From: a virus
IMG/VR virus record: IMGVR_UViG_3300034072_002256
Coordinates: 11,274-75,273 of that record
Strand: one strand, 5' to 3'
Length of the DNA: 64,000 nt
Below are positions 44,505 to 54,824 of this stretch, in pieces. Positions within the stretch are counted from its first letter, which is position 1. Each line of letters opens with the position of its first letter. The notes under the pieces are model-generated. The model saw only the letters and a program-made list of their open reading frames with translations, was not told the origin of the DNA and ran no database searches. The position numbers were made by a program, and so were the translations under genes.

Positions 44505-44794
44505 TGTTGCAGGAATTGATGACCGAACATCAGCGGCTGGCCATTTTACGCCTGCTGGCTGAGGATTCCGGGTATGACCTGAACGAATCCATTTTGCATG
44601 ATGGCGTGAACGCACTGGGGCTGGATATCAGCCGGGACCAGCTGCGGACGCAATTAGCCTGGCTCAGCGAGCAGGGCTGTGTGCAGCTCGACAAAGTAGG
44701 CTCAGTGCAGGTCGCCAAACTGTCCGAACGTGGCTTAGATGCTGCCAATGGCCGTGCCCGCATCCCTGGGATTAAACGCCCAACACCAAAATAA
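44504..44794 (+). CDS. Mu gp26-like protein
   Basis: Homolog of 5198-5488. Confidence 0.8.
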   Translation: MLQELMTEHQRLAILRLLAEDSGYDLNESILHDGVNALGLDISRDQLRTQLAWLSEQGCVQLDKVGSVQVAKLSERGLDAANGRARIPGIKRPTPK

Positions 44795-44805
44795 AAGGTG
44801 CCCCG

Positions 44806-45387
44806 ATGAATGACAAAGTCACCAGGGGCCGTCGCAGCAAAATCCATCTGTTACCCGAAGAGATCCGGCGTGAGCTGGACGCCAAGCTGCGCGATGGCCG
44901 CCTGACCCAGCAAGACGTGCTGGACTATATCAACGACCTTATCGAACAAAGCCAACTGCCTGAAGACGAAAAGTCAGAGCTGAAAATCAGCCGCTCTGGC
45001 CTCAATCGCTACGCGACCCATCTTGAAACTATCGGTAAGGACATCCGCGAACTGCGGGAAGTCAGCAATGCCTTGGTGGCACAGCTTGGCGACAAACCTA
45101 CTGGTGATGTCAGCAAGATGATTTTGGAGATTGGCCGCACTCAGCTGTTCAAAGCCATGATGCAGCAGTCTTCAGCGGAAGAAATGGATATCGGCCTGAT
45201 AAAGGACGCCATGCTGGCTGCACAGCGCCTTGAAGCTGCGGCGATGCAAAGCCATAAACGCGAAAAAGAGATCCGCCAGTTGTTCGCTGCAGAGGCCGTA
45301 GAAGCTGCGGAAAAAGTAGCGAAGCAAGCCGGCTTAACTGCCGAAGGCGTGGCCACTCTTAAGCGCGAAATTCTGGGGATCGCCTGA
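44806..45387 (+). CDS. Terminase small subunit
   Basis: Homolog of 5501-6082. Confidence 0.85.
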   Translation: MNDKVTRGRRSKIHLLPEEIRRELDAKLRDGRLTQQDVLDYINDLIEQSQLPEDEKSELKISRSGLNRYATHLETIGKDIRELREVSNALVAQLGDKPTGDVSKMILEIGRTQLFKAMMQQSSAEEMDIGLIKDAMLAAQRLEAAAMQSHKREKEIRQLFAAEAVEAAEKVAKQAGLTAEGVATLKREILGIA

Positions 45388-45662
45388 TGAACTTATTTTC
45401 AGAACGAGTCGCAAATTTGCTGGGGTTCATCACGAAAGCGCAGGCGAAAAGCGAAGGGTATTCCCATCACGCGAGCTACTACGGAATTCCGCTTTGGATG
45501 GGTGACATTGAAAGTGATGGTCCAATTGTCTCCGTAAAATGGCGACCGCTGGACTGTGTAATGGATTTGTTCATGTACATCGAGGCGTTCATGTTTCCGC
45601 TAGTCCATGGCGCAGATACCGAACCCATGTTCATGTTTAAAATCCATGGGGAATTGAAGTGA
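45387..45662 (+). CDS. 91-aa hypothetical protein inserted between terS and terL (P2 only)
   Basis: Overlaps both neighbours (TGATG, GTGA); absent in P1. Confidence 0.7.
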   Translation: MNLFSERVANLLGFITKAQAKSEGYSHHASYYGIPLWMGDIESDGPIVSVKWRPLDCVMDLFMYIEAFMFPLVHGADTEPMFMFKIHGELK

Positions 45663-47362
45663 AAGTGCGCAAAATCATTCAGGCGTCCGTGCTGGCCAGC
45701 AGCCTGGTGCTTTCACCATTGGCTCAGGCCATTCAGGCCAAAGCACCTGCCAGCCAATCAGCGATCGCTACCAATGCGCCAGTGTTGCAGGTGACTGCAG
45801 CGCAGAACGCGCAGGCAGTTGCTGATCACAACGCCGGCCAGCTCAGTCTGTTCGACCCTGGCGAAGTCTTGCTGGGTTATCAGAAACGCTGGATAGCCGA
45901 CGAAAGCCCTTTAAAAATTGCCGAGAAAAGCCGGCGAACTGGCATTACCTGGGCAGAAGCTTGTGATGCGGTGCTATGTGCATCCACCCGGCGCCAGGAT
46001 GGCGGCTGCAACCATTTCTATGTGGGCAGCAACAAAGAGATGGCCCGCGAGTTTATCGAAGCGGCGGCCATGTGGGCGCGGGTCTTTAACAAGGCCGGCT
46101 CAGAAATTCAGGAAGAGCTGTTTGTTGATGACGGCCAGGAAGGCAAAGAGATCCTAACCTTTGTCGTGCATTTTGCCAGTGGCTATAAAATCCAGGCGCT
46201 TAGCTCCAACCCGTCGAACCTTCGCGGTATGCAGGGTAATGTCACCATCGACGAAGCCGCATTCCACGAACGTCTGGCCGAAGTATTAAAAGCCGCCCTG
46301 GCACTGACCATGTGGGGCAGCAAAGTCCGTTTAATCAGTACTCATAACGGCATTGAAAACCTGTTTAACCAGCTAGTTCAAGACAGCCGCGCCGGCAAAA
46401 AACGCTACTCAATCCATACCATCACGCTTGATGATGCCTGCCGCGATGGCTTGTATCAGCGCATCTGCCAGACACGAAAGCTCAGCTGGAGCATGGAAAA
46501 GGAAATCGAGTGGAAGGAAGGTCTGCTTAAAGACACCGCCACCGAAGAAGATGCGCTGGAAGAATATTTCTGTGTGCCAAAGGCTGGCGCTGGCATCTAT
46601 TTGAAACGCACGCTCATTGAGCGCGCCATGGTCAAAGACCACAGTATTCCGATTGTTCGTTTTACGGCGCCCAAAGACTTTGAGCTGTTATCCGATGCAG
46701 ACCGGCAGCGCATTGTCAGTGAATGGCTGGAAAACAATGTGCAGTTTTTGCTGGAGCAGCTGCCGGCGAACTGCCGGCATGTATTCGGCGAGGACTTTGC
46801 CCGCAAAGGTGACTTGTCAGTATTTGTACCATTAACCATCCGGCCGAACCTGACCAAACGGGTGCCATTTGTCGTTGAGATCTCCAACGGCACTTATGAA
46901 GCTCAACGCCAAATCCTGATGTACATCATGGAGCGCCTGCCGCGCTTTACTGGGGCAGCATTTGATAGCACCGGTAACGGCGGGTATTTGGCTGAAACGG
47001 CTAGGCTGAAGTTTGGCACTGAAATGGTCGATTGCGTGATGCTAAGCCAAGCCTGGTATCGGGAGTGGATGCCCAAGCTTAAAGCCGAGTTTGACGATGG
47101 CTTTATCGAGATCCCGCGTCACCAGGACATCCTTGACGACCTTTGCAAAATCCAGCTGAAAAACGGCGTGCCACAAATTGAGAAAGGCTCCGGCAAAGGC
47201 ACGGATGGCCAGCAGCGCCACGGTGACTTTGCAGTTGCGCTGGCCATGGCCGTTCGCGCCAGTTGGATGGAAGGTGGCGAAATCGACTTCACCTCAATCA
47301 CAGCACTAACACAAAACAAAGACTCCCCCTCAGAAATGCAATCCTCATCAGGATGTTGGTAA
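45659..47362 (+). CDS. Terminase large subunit
   Basis: ATPase half near-identical to P1; nuclease half diverged. Confidence 0.95.
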   Translation: MKVRKIIQASVLASSLVLSPLAQAIQAKAPASQSAIATNAPVLQVTAAQNAQAVADHNAGQLSLFDPGEVLLGYQKRWIADESPLKIAEKSRRTGITWAEACDAVLCASTRRQDGGCNHFYVGSNKEMAREFIEAAAMWARVFNKAGSEIQEELFVDDGQEGKEILTFVVHFASGYKIQALSSNPSNLRGMQGNVTIDEAAFHERLAEVLKAALALTMWGSKVRLISTHNGIENLFNQLVQDSRAGKKRYSIHTITLDDACRDGLYQRICQTRKLSWSMEKEIEWKEGLLKDTATEEDALEEYFCVPKAGAGIYLKRTLIERAMVKDHSIPIVRFTAPKDFELLSDADRQRIVSEWLENNVQFLLEQLPANCRHVFGEDFARKGDLSVFVPLTIRPNLTKRVPFVVEISNGTYEAQRQILMYIMERLPRFTGAAFDSTGNGGYLAETARLKFGTEMVDCVMLSQAWYREWMPKLKAEFDDGFIEIPRHQDILDDLCKIQLKNGVPQIEKGSGKGTDGQQRHGDFAVALAMAVRASWMEGGEIDFTSITALTQNKDSPSEMQSSSGCW

Positions 47363-48927
47363 TGCAAACAGATAAAAATGGCACCATGTTCCGGGTGCGA
47401 GAGAAACAAAAACAGACCGATAACAGCCCGCGCATTCTGCAGCTGCGCCGGGAGTTCGCCGAACATCCAAGCCGTGGTTTAACGCCGATGACTCTGGCGG
47501 CCATTATGACGGATGCAGAGCAGGGCAACTTACTGGCGCAGTGTTACCTGGCTGAAGACGTTGAAGAAAAAGACGGCCATATCTATGCCGAGCTGTTCAA
47601 ACGCCGGATGGCGCTGACCAGTGTGCCGTATCGTATTGAACCACCACGCAACGCCAGTGCCCAGGAAAAGAAAGACGCCGCCACCTACAACGATGTGTTG
47701 TCCGATATCCCCAACTTTGAAGATGTGATCTTCAATATGGCCGACGGTATTTTAAAGGGCTTCAGCAATCTGGAGTTTCACTGGGAGCGCTATAACGACT
47801 TTCGCTTGCCGGCGGATTTTCAGCACCGGCCGGCTACATGGTTCCAGTTATCTCCGCATAATCAGGACCAGTTGGTGCTGCGTAACGGCACTTCTGAAGG
47901 CGAAGCGCTGGCGCAGTTCGGCTGGATCCAGCATCGCCACGCTGCCAAAAGTGGTTACGTCGCCCGCACAGGTTTGATTCGCCAATTAGCCTGGCCATTT
48001 ATCTTTAAGAACTATTCGGTACGAGACCTTGCCGAGTTCTTGGAGATCTATGGCATCCCGATCCGGATTGGTAAATATCCGGCCGGCGCCAGTGATGATG
48101 AAAAGAACCGGCTGCTGCAGGCCGTCTGGAGTGTTGGCCACAACAGTGCCGGCATTATGCCAAAGGGCATGGAAATGGATTTTGTCGAAGCGGCCAAAGG
48201 CGGCGGCGATCCGTTTTTGAGCATGATGTCCTGGTGTGAGCGCGTCCAATCCAAGGTTATTTTGGGCCAGACATTAACAGCACAGGTTGACAGTACCGGC
48301 AGCCAGGCGCTGGGGAATGTACACAATGAAGTCCGGCTTGATATCCGAAATCATGACTTGCGCCAACTGGCCAGCACGCTAAATCGCGATTTACTGTGGC
48401 CAATGCATATGCTGAACGGCAAATCGTACACCGGCGACCCGCGCCGGATGCCGCAGCTGAAATTTGATATCGAGGAAGCCGAAGATATCAAGCTGTTCAG
48501 TGAAGCGTTGCCAGCTTTGGCCAATGCCGGTATGAGGATCCCAACAGCCTGGGCACATCAAAAATTATCAATCCCGTTACCGGAGAACGACGAACCGGTG
48601 CTGGGAGCACAAGCACCAGTTGTACCAGCAAAAGAGAAAGCGGCAGCGCTGACAAGGGCCATAGCCAGCCTGAAAGCCGAATTGCCTGAACAAGACATTG
48701 CTGACCAGCTTGCGGCACAGCTGCGAGCAAAAGCAGCGCCAGTGATGGGCAAGTTGTTAAAGCCAATTGAAGAATTGGTCGCGAACGCCACCAGCCTGGA
48801 AGACTTGCTGCAGCAACTGCTGACACTTGAAGGCAAGCTGGATGAATCAGAACTGGCCGAAGTGATGCAGCTGGCGCTGAGTGCGGCAGAAATGGGTGGC
48901 CGGTTTGATGTTGCTGTGGGGAACTGA
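47362..48927 (+). CDS. Portal protein (DUF935-like)
   Basis: Likely start at the TAATG overlap 47362; FKNYSVRDLAEFLEIYG motif. Confidence 0.92.
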   Translation: MQTDKNGTMFRVREKQKQTDNSPRILQLRREFAEHPSRGLTPMTLAAIMTDAEQGNLLAQCYLAEDVEEKDGHIYAELFKRRMALTSVPYRIEPPRNASAQEKKDAATYNDVLSDIPNFEDVIFNMADGILKGFSNLEFHWERYNDFRLPADFQHRPATWFQLSPHNQDQLVLRNGTSEGEALAQFGWIQHRHAAKSGYVARTGLIRQLAWPFIFKNYSVRDLAEFLEIYGIPIRIGKYPAGASDDEKNRLLQAVWSVGHNSAGIMPKGMEMDFVEAAKGGGDPFLSMMSWCERVQSKVILGQTLTAQVDSTGSQALGNVHNEVRLDIRNHDLRQLASTLNRDLLWPMHMLNGKSYTGDPRRMPQLKFDIEEAEDIKLFSEALPALANAGMRIPTAWAHQKLSIPLPENDEPVLGAQAPVVPAKEKAAALTRAIASLKAELPEQDIADQLAAQLRAKAAPVMGKLLKPIEELVANATSLEDLLQQLLTLEGKLDESELAEVMQLALSAAEMGGRFDVAVGN

Positions 48928-50366
48928 TGCCAACACCACCCCCAAATACCGCTCAGTACGGCAGCTTGCCATTTAAAGAAGCCATCGCGTTTTTCCGGGC
49001 CAAAACCAATCTGCCCAGTGAGCGCTGGGCAGATATCTGGCGCGAGCAGCACAACGTCGGTTTTATGGTTGCCGGTGCGATGAAGACCGATTTACTGGCT
49101 GATTTACGCCAGGCGGTGGATGCAGCTATCGCCGAAGGGCGCAGTTTAAAGTGGTTTCAACGCGAGTTTAAAAACATTGTGAAACGCACCGGTTGGGAAC
49201 ATACCGGCGATGCCGCCTGGCGGGCGCGGACCATTTACGACACCAATATGCGCCAGGCTTATAACGCAGGTCGTTATCAGCAACTGCAGCAGTTTGAATT
49301 CTGGCGTTATGTGCATGGTGATAGCCGATATCCGCGCCCAGCACACCAGGCTAAACACGGCTTGGTTTTACCTAAGACTGCAGCCTTTTGGCAGGTATGG
49401 TTTCCGCAGAACGGCTGGGGCTGTAAGTGCAAAGTTATTGGCGAGACTAAACAAAGTCTGGAGCGAAAAGGCCTGAAGGTTTCCGACGAACCAGAAATCG
49501 AGCGCCGTGAATGGGTCGATAAAAAGACCGGCGAAGTGCACCTGGTACCAAAAGGCATTGATCCAGGGTTTGACTATGCACCCGGCGCAAGCAAACCCAG
49601 TGAGCAAGTAAAACAGCAACTGGATGACAAGTTACCTCTGGCAGAGCGTTTACCAGACCGGTTAGTTCCTTCAGCTTTTAGCACGGTGCCAGGTGTAAAT
49701 ATCCATCGGCTGAATGAGAAACTGACAGAACTCGCAGCAACCTCTGCTGGCCCACAAGTGCAGCTGTTGTCGCAGTTCCTGCAAAAGCATGACATCAAAA
49801 CGATGTTCATTACCCAAGCTCAGATGAACCCCAAGGCGATTGCGGCAGCCAAGCTACGTGGAGATATACAGGATTATCTCTCCAGCGAGTTGGGTTATCA
49901 CCCGATGAATCTGTATACACTCAGAGAGTTTGAGCAGGCTGCTGGGTTCACCGCGCCAGATTTTAATCACGTAGTGATTAAGGCCGGCGTAAGCTCGATG
50001 TTAAGTCGAACTGTTGTCAGTGAGTTGCAGCAAGCAGTAAATGCTGTGATAAGACTAAAAGCTGCGGAACGGCCGGCGTTTACGTTGTCAAATATTATTA
50101 GTAAGTACGCCACGAATGGCGAAGACGCAGTGTTGCTGACCAATTGGTTACATGAGATTGGCCACCAGTTGCATTATAAAACAGGTGGCGGCATACCAAA
50201 GTCTTTGAGCAAATATTGGCTAACCGAATATCAGCTGACCGATTATAAAGAATGGCACGCAGAATTGTTCACACTCTGGGTATTAGACCGGGCCGCGCTC
50301 GACGCATGGAATAAGGATGTTGCTGTATACTTCGATGCGCTGATGCGTCAAGTAATGGGAGGCTGA
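48927..50366 (+). CDS. MuF protein with C-terminal HExxH metallopeptidase-like toxin domain
   Basis: P.NGWGCKC MuF motif; HEIGHQ at about 50151 plus downstream EWHAE. Confidence 0.8.
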   Translation: MPTPPPNTAQYGSLPFKEAIAFFRAKTNLPSERWADIWREQHNVGFMVAGAMKTDLLADLRQAVDAAIAEGRSLKWFQREFKNIVKRTGWEHTGDAAWRARTIYDTNMRQAYNAGRYQQLQQFEFWRYVHGDSRYPRPAHQAKHGLVLPKTAAFWQVWFPQNGWGCKCKVIGETKQSLERKGLKVSDEPEIERREWVDKKTGEVHLVPKGIDPGFDYAPGASKPSEQVKQQLDDKLPLAERLPDRLVPSAFSTVPGVNIHRLNEKLTELAATSAGPQVQLLSQFLQKHDIKTMFITQAQMNPKAIAAAKLRGDIQDYLSSELGYHPMNLYTLREFEQAAGFTAPDFNHVVIKAGVSSMLSRTVVSELQQAVNAVIRLKAAERPAFTLSNIISKYATNGEDAVLLTNWLHEIGHQLHYKTGGGIPKSLSKYWLTEYQLTDYKEWHAELFTLWVLDRAALDAWNKDVAVYFDALMRQVMGG

Positions 50367-50369
50367 TAA

Positions 50370-50630
50370 ATGGCAATCGAAGACATTTTCACGATGCTGG
50401 AAAATGGCACCTATCCACCGGCGGAGCTAACGCCTTTGAGTGACCAGGCGTTTGCATTGTTAAAAACCGATCTGCCATTTAGGGAAAAGTGGATGCAGAT
50501 CCAAATATTGTCAAAGCAAGTACGCCGAGCAGGTGGTGAAGATGCAGACCGCTTTAAGTGGGTGATTGAATCGATTTATGCCGGTGCAACTGCAGAGGAA
50601 ATCAGCCTTATGCATGAGGACATAGTCTGA
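50370..50630 (+). CDS. Small acidic protein, putative MuF-toxin immunity protein
   Basis: GGAGG RBS; directly after MuF-CT; absent in P1. Confidence 0.6.
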   Translation: MAIEDIFTMLENGTYPPAELTPLSDQAFALLKTDLPFREKWMQIQILSKQVRRAGGEDADRFKWVIESIYAGATAEEISLMHEDIV

Positions 50631-51076
50631 TGGCCGGCGTACGACTCAATGCTCAACTGACCGGTGTGGCTGATTTGGTGGATACCCTCAATCAGCTGAT
50701 GAATAAAACCCGGGATCTACAGCCAGCACTTTCTCAAGTCGGCGAATATCTGCTGGAGTCGCACCAATCTCGCTTTCAACTGGAAGTTGCCCCAGACGGC
50801 ACCCCTTGGGCACCGTTGGCTGCGGAAACCCTTGCCCGTAAAAAAGGTGAAGATCGCATCCTGCAGGACCAAGGTACTTTGCGTGACACTTTGAGCTATG
50901 AAGCTACCGCCTCTGAACTGCTGTTCGGTTCAAATCTGGAATATGCCGCAACGCATCAGTTTGGCCGCGAAGAGGATGGGATTGAGGGCCGCCCATTTAT
51001 CGGCATCACCGATGGCCCCTGGCAGGATAGTGTGGAAATTTTGGGGATTTTGCGAGACCATCTGAATACGCCTTAA
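50630..51076 (+). CDS. Mu gpG-like virion morphogenesis protein
   Basis: PDG.PWAPL, GSNL.YAA.HQFG, RPF.GI motifs. Confidence 0.9.
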   Translation: MAGVRLNAQLTGVADLVDTLNQLMNKTRDLQPALSQVGEYLLESHQSRFQLEVAPDGTPWAPLAAETLARKKGEDRILQDQGTLRDTLSYEATASELLFGSNLEYAATHQFGREEDGIEGRPFIGITDGPWQDSVEILGILRDHLNTP

Positions 51077-51175
51077 AAACGCCTGAGAAGCGATTTGAGG
51101 CAAGAGGCGCAATCACGCTATCAAAAGTAGGGTTGGCAGCGCTCAAAATCAGTTTTAAACACCATTTAAACGGTT
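51077..51175. other. Candidate strong gyrase site (P2)
   Basis: G-I intergenic, about 20 kb from the left end; motif blocks shared with 11230-11350. Confidence 0.4.
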
Positions 51176-51223
51176 TGGTTGTGGCAGCTCTCGAAGAAAT
51201 TCCGGGAGAACCTTCCAAAATTC

Positions 51224-51295
51224 GCAAATTGCTTTAATTCAGTCCAGCACTCAGACCATATCAAAATCAGCCCAGTGAGTTTTTAACCCTGGGCT
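51224..51295 (+). promoter_or_regulatory. Late promoter plus RBS hairpin (P2 head operon)
   Basis: GCAAATTGCTTTAAT-N23-CAAAAT; stem AGCCCAG/CTGGGCT before ATG 51299. Confidence 0.65.
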
Positions 51296-51298
51296 TTT

Positions 51299-52411
51299 AT
51301 GTTTTCCAAATCTGCTTTGTCCATCGCCGTTCTCTCTGCTGCCAGTGCTGGCCAGCTGGGTTATGCCGTTCTGACGGCAGAACTGAGCGAAGGCGATGAC
51401 TGGAAAATGTTGCTGCCTGATGGCGAGTTCTCTGCTGTTGATGGCCGGCCGCATGATGTGCCAGGTGGCAAATGGCGGATGAATGCCGAAGTTGCCGCAC
51501 GACTGATTGCTAAAGCGGCACTTCGCCAAAATGACCTGGTGATTGATTACGAACACCAAACCTTAAACGCGGCCACTACTGGCATTGCTGCACCTGCTGC
51601 GGGCTTCTTTCGCGAATTTCAATATCAGCCAGGCAAGGGGCTTTACGTCAAACCTTTATGGACTACACGTGCTCAGGGCTTTGTTGATGCCAAAGAGTAC
51701 CGTTACCTGTCTGCCGTTTTCCCTTATGACACCACTACCGGCGAGCCAACAGAAATTCTGATGGCGGCGCTGACTAACAATCCCGGCGCCATCGGTATGG
51801 AGGCGCTTGCGTCTCTGGTGGCTCGGTTTGAACAACCCACCCACGGAGATAAACCCATGTCTGATTTGCTGATCCAGTTGATGGCAAAGCTCGGCATTAC
51901 TCTGAAGCCAGGCGACACCCTGACTGACGAGCAAGCCCAGGCCGCGCTGACCGCTGTGACCCACTTACAAGGCAGTGCCGGCAGTGTTGCCGCTTTAACT
52001 GCAAAAATCGAAACCCTTGAATCCGCCGGCGCCGGCAATGTTGACCTGTCGCAGTACGTGCCCATCGCGCAGTACAACGCCGCGTTGACACAGGTGGCCG
52101 CCCTAACGGCAACCACAGCCAGCCTGACTGTGGAGCAAGTGATTGCCCAGGCAGAGCAGGACGGCAAGCTGATCCTGGCGTCGGAAAAAGACTACCTGGT
52201 GAGCCTCGGCAAGCAAAACATGGCTGCACTGACAGCACAGCTTGCTGCCCGTCCGGTCGTTGCCGCTTTAACGGCAAAGCAGACCGAACAGCGCAAAGCG
52301 CCGGATACGCAAGACAAATCATCGGTCGCTGCGTTAACGGCTGACCAGAAATCAATCGCTGACCAAATCGGCATTTCCCACGCTGAGTTGGCTCAGGGCT
52401 TAGGAGTTTAA
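51299..52411 (+). CDS. Prohead protease/scaffold (gpI-like; internal scaffold start at 51857)
   Basis: IDYEHQT, EYRYLSAVF, AALTN.P motifs. Confidence 0.93.
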   Translation: MFSKSALSIAVLSAASAGQLGYAVLTAELSEGDDWKMLLPDGEFSAVDGRPHDVPGGKWRMNAEVAARLIAKAALRQNDLVIDYEHQTLNAATTGIAAPAAGFFREFQYQPGKGLYVKPLWTTRAQGFVDAKEYRYLSAVFPYDTTTGEPTEILMAALTNNPGAIGMEALASLVARFEQPTHGDKPMSDLLIQLMAKLGITLKPGDTLTDEQAQAALTAVTHLQGSAGSVAALTAKIETLESAGAGNVDLSQYVPIAQYNAALTQVAALTATTASLTVEQVIAQAEQDGKLILASEKDYLVSLGKQNMAALTAQLAARPVVAALTAKQTEQRKAPDTQDKSSVAALTADQKSIADQIGISHAELAQGLGV

Positions 52412-52415
52412 GCAC

Positions 52416-53342
52416 ATGGCACTTGTTACCAATGCAACCTTAAACGCGATGCGCGTTGGCTTTAATAAAGTTTTTGAACAGGGCAAAGCTCGGGCAAAGC
52501 CGCAGTATATGCAGGTGGCCACAGTGGTTCCCAGCACCACCAAAAGCAACACCTATGGCTGGTTAGGTCAGTGGCCGGGCTTTCGGGAGTGGGTGGGCGA
52601 TCGCGTCATCAATTCGATGAAAGAGCACGCCTATTCCATCCAGAACAAAGACTTTGAAAGCAGCGTCGGTGTGGACCGCAACGATATCGCGGACGACAAC
52701 CTGGGCGTCTATAACCCGATGTTCGATGAAATGGGTTATGCCTCGGAAGTGTTCCCGGATGAACTGGTGTTCCCACTACTCAAGGCGGGCTTCACCACAC
52801 TCTGTTATGACGGCCAGTATTTCCTCGATACCGACCATCCGGTCAATACCAAAGTCGACGGCTCAGGCACCAACAATTCAGTGTCCAACGTCATTATCGA
52901 TGGCGCTTATGTCGGCGAGCCGTGGTTCCTGCTCGATGTCAGCCGCTCTCTGAAACCGCTGATTTACCAGGAACGCAGCAAGCCGCAGTTTACGGCGATG
53001 GATAACCCGAACGACGAGCAGGTCTTTACCAAAAAACTGTTCCGTTACGGTGTCGACCTGCGGTCCAACGTTGGTTTCGGTTTCTGGCAGATGGCGATTG
53101 GCGTCAAGAAAGAACTGACTTACGCCACGCTGTGGCAGGCCATTGAAATGATGAGTGGCTTTAAAGCGGATGGCGGTCGGCCGCTTGGTCTTGGCAAAAA
53201 CAAACTGTTGCTGGTGGTCCCGAACAGTAAACAGAAAATCGCCAACCAGATTAAGGCTCGCGATCTGATTGATGATGGCGGTGTTTCAGTCAGCAATGAC
53301 CTCAAAGACAAGTTCGACGTTCTGGTCGCCGACTTCCTGTAA
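52416..53342 (+). CDS. Major capsid protein (gpT-like)
   Basis: YGWLG..P.FREWVGDR, YDGQYF.DTDHPV, GFGFWQMA motifs. Confidence 0.95.
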   Translation: MALVTNATLNAMRVGFNKVFEQGKARAKPQYMQVATVVPSTTKSNTYGWLGQWPGFREWVGDRVINSMKEHAYSIQNKDFESSVGVDRNDIADDNLGVYNPMFDEMGYASEVFPDELVFPLLKAGFTTLCYDGQYFLDTDHPVNTKVDGSGTNNSVSNVIIDGAYVGEPWFLLDVSRSLKPLIYQERSKPQFTAMDNPNDEQVFTKKLFRYGVDLRSNVGFGFWQMAIGVKKELTYATLWQAIEMMSGFKADGGRPLGLGKNKLLLVVPNSKQKIANQIKARDLIDDGGVSVSNDLKDKFDVLVADFL

Positions 53343-53384
53343 CCCCTGGCATAGCCCCGGCGATTGCCGGGGCTGGAGAACCTT

Positions 53385-53825
53385 ATGACATTGCAAACGA
53401 AAATTCTGTTGGTGACAGCTTTGGCAGGTAGCTTTCGACGGGCCGGAATTGGCTTTACCGACAAAGGCACCGCGTTACTGCCCGAACAACTTACTGATGA
53501 CCAGTACCAACAAATCATTGGTGAAAAACGTCTGTCCGTACGTGAAGTTACTCCGGACCAGATACCAGATGGCGTCGACACAAGCGCGATCCAGTCGTTG
53601 CTGGCTGGCAACGGTCAAGGCGCAACAACAGACGGCACGCAAAGTACGGTGACAGTGAACACGCTGGCAGAAGCCTTTGCGCTGCTCGACCCGTCAAACC
53701 CGGACCACTTCACTCAGGGCGGCAAACCACAGCTGGATCCCTTAAGCAAAATGCTGGGCCGTTCAGTCAGTGGCGGTGAGCGTGACAGCGCCTGGAATGC
53801 CTTCACAGCGGCAGGTAGCGTCTGA
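53385..53825 (+). CDS. Mu gp35/HI1506-like protein
   Basis: FRRAG..F, HFT.GGKP motifs; GGAG RBS before ATG 53385, preceded by hairpin 53353-53374. Confidence 0.7.
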   Translation: MTLQTKILLVTALAGSFRRAGIGFTDKGTALLPEQLTDDQYQQIIGEKRLSVREVTPDQIPDGVDTSAIQSLLAGNGQGATTDGTQSTVTVNTLAEAFALLDPSNPDHFTQGGKPQLDPLSKMLGRSVSGGERDSAWNAFTAAGSV

Positions 53826-54241
53826 TGTACTGCGACCTGACGGAACTGCGCATTCGCTTTGGCCTGGACGAGATTAATCAGCTGATTGATCCGGACGGAA
53901 CCGGACCGGATGAGTCGATAGCCCAGGCAGAACTGGCAACCGCCAGTGCTTCCATCGACAGCTATCTGGCAGGTCGCTACACACTGCCGCTGACTGTTGC
54001 ACCGGTGATCCTGACGGGCATTTGTGCCGACCTGACCCGTTACGCACTGTATCGCAACGCGGTACCGGAGCTGGTCAAAGAGCGCTACCTCGCCGCCGTT
54101 CGTTGGTTGCGTGACGTGGCTGACGGCAAAGCATCGCTGGGGTTAAGCACCAGCCAGGCGACGCCGGCCACCGATGCAGCCATTGAAATTAAAAGTGGTG
54201 GCAACGTCTGGCACCGCGACGCCAGCAAAGGGTTTATCTGA
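53825..54241 (+). CDS. Head-tail adaptor (gp36/DUF1320-like)
   Basis: IDSYLAGRY.LPL motif. Confidence 0.88.
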   Translation: MYCDLTELRIRFGLDEINQLIDPDGTGPDESIAQAELATASASIDSYLAGRYTLPLTVAPVILTGICADLTRYALYRNAVPELVKERYLAAVRWLRDVADGKASLGLSTSQATPATDAAIEIKSGGNVWHRDASKGFI

Positions 54242-54678
54242 TGTTACTTGCCAGTATTGCTGCGTTGTTAAGCGCCTACCAGGTGGACGGCAAAGCGGCA
54301 TTTGGGGTGGTAGGCAGTGCGTTTAGCGTGGCCGGTGCCATGAAAGATGGCATCAAGCGTCCCACTGAAGCTTATGTGATCCCGCTGCCATCTGGCTTTG
54401 GGCAAGCCACACAAGACCTTGGCCCGCTGCTGCAACAATGCCGGTATGAGTTTGGCGTGGTGGTCGGGCTTCGCCTGGTCGACGACCCCAAGGGTGAAAA
54501 AGGCCCGGCGCTGATGGACCAAACAACAAAAGCAATCACGGCATGCCTGCTTGGCAGATGTCCCGCGCCTGGTGCGGACCGGATTGAAATTACCAGGGCA
54601 GAACCCATCGGCATCAAAGAAAACACGCTTTGGATGCTGTACCGATTCAAAACCATGGTGTCAGTGCACCAGGAGTAA
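54241..54678 (+). CDS. Putative tail terminator/neck protein
   Basis: Homolog of 15440-15877 (QDLGPL motif). Confidence 0.6.
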   Translation: MLLASIAALLSAYQVDGKAAFGVVGSAFSVAGAMKDGIKRPTEAYVIPLPSGFGQATQDLGPLLQQCRYEFGVVVGLRLVDDPKGEKGPALMDQTTKAITACLLGRCPAPGADRIEITRAEPIGIKENTLWMLYRFKTMVSVHQE

Positions 54679-54681
54679 AAC

Positions 54682-54822
54682 ATGGCTAAATCAAAAGACC
54701 AGCCGGCCGAGCCGGCACCGTTTACCCCGCCTTCAGGTGGTGGTCGTTATCAACTGATTAATGGTGTACCGGTGCCTGTCACAGAAGATGAAGTGACAGA
54801 TCCAGAACCAAGCGGAGAGTAA
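54682..54822 (+). CDS. 46-aa hypothetical protein
   Basis: AGGAG RBS; homolog of 15888-16028. Confidence 0.75.
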   Translation: MAKSKDQPAEPAPFTPPSGGGRYQLINGVPVPVTEDEVTDPEPSGE

Positions 54823-54824
54823 AA

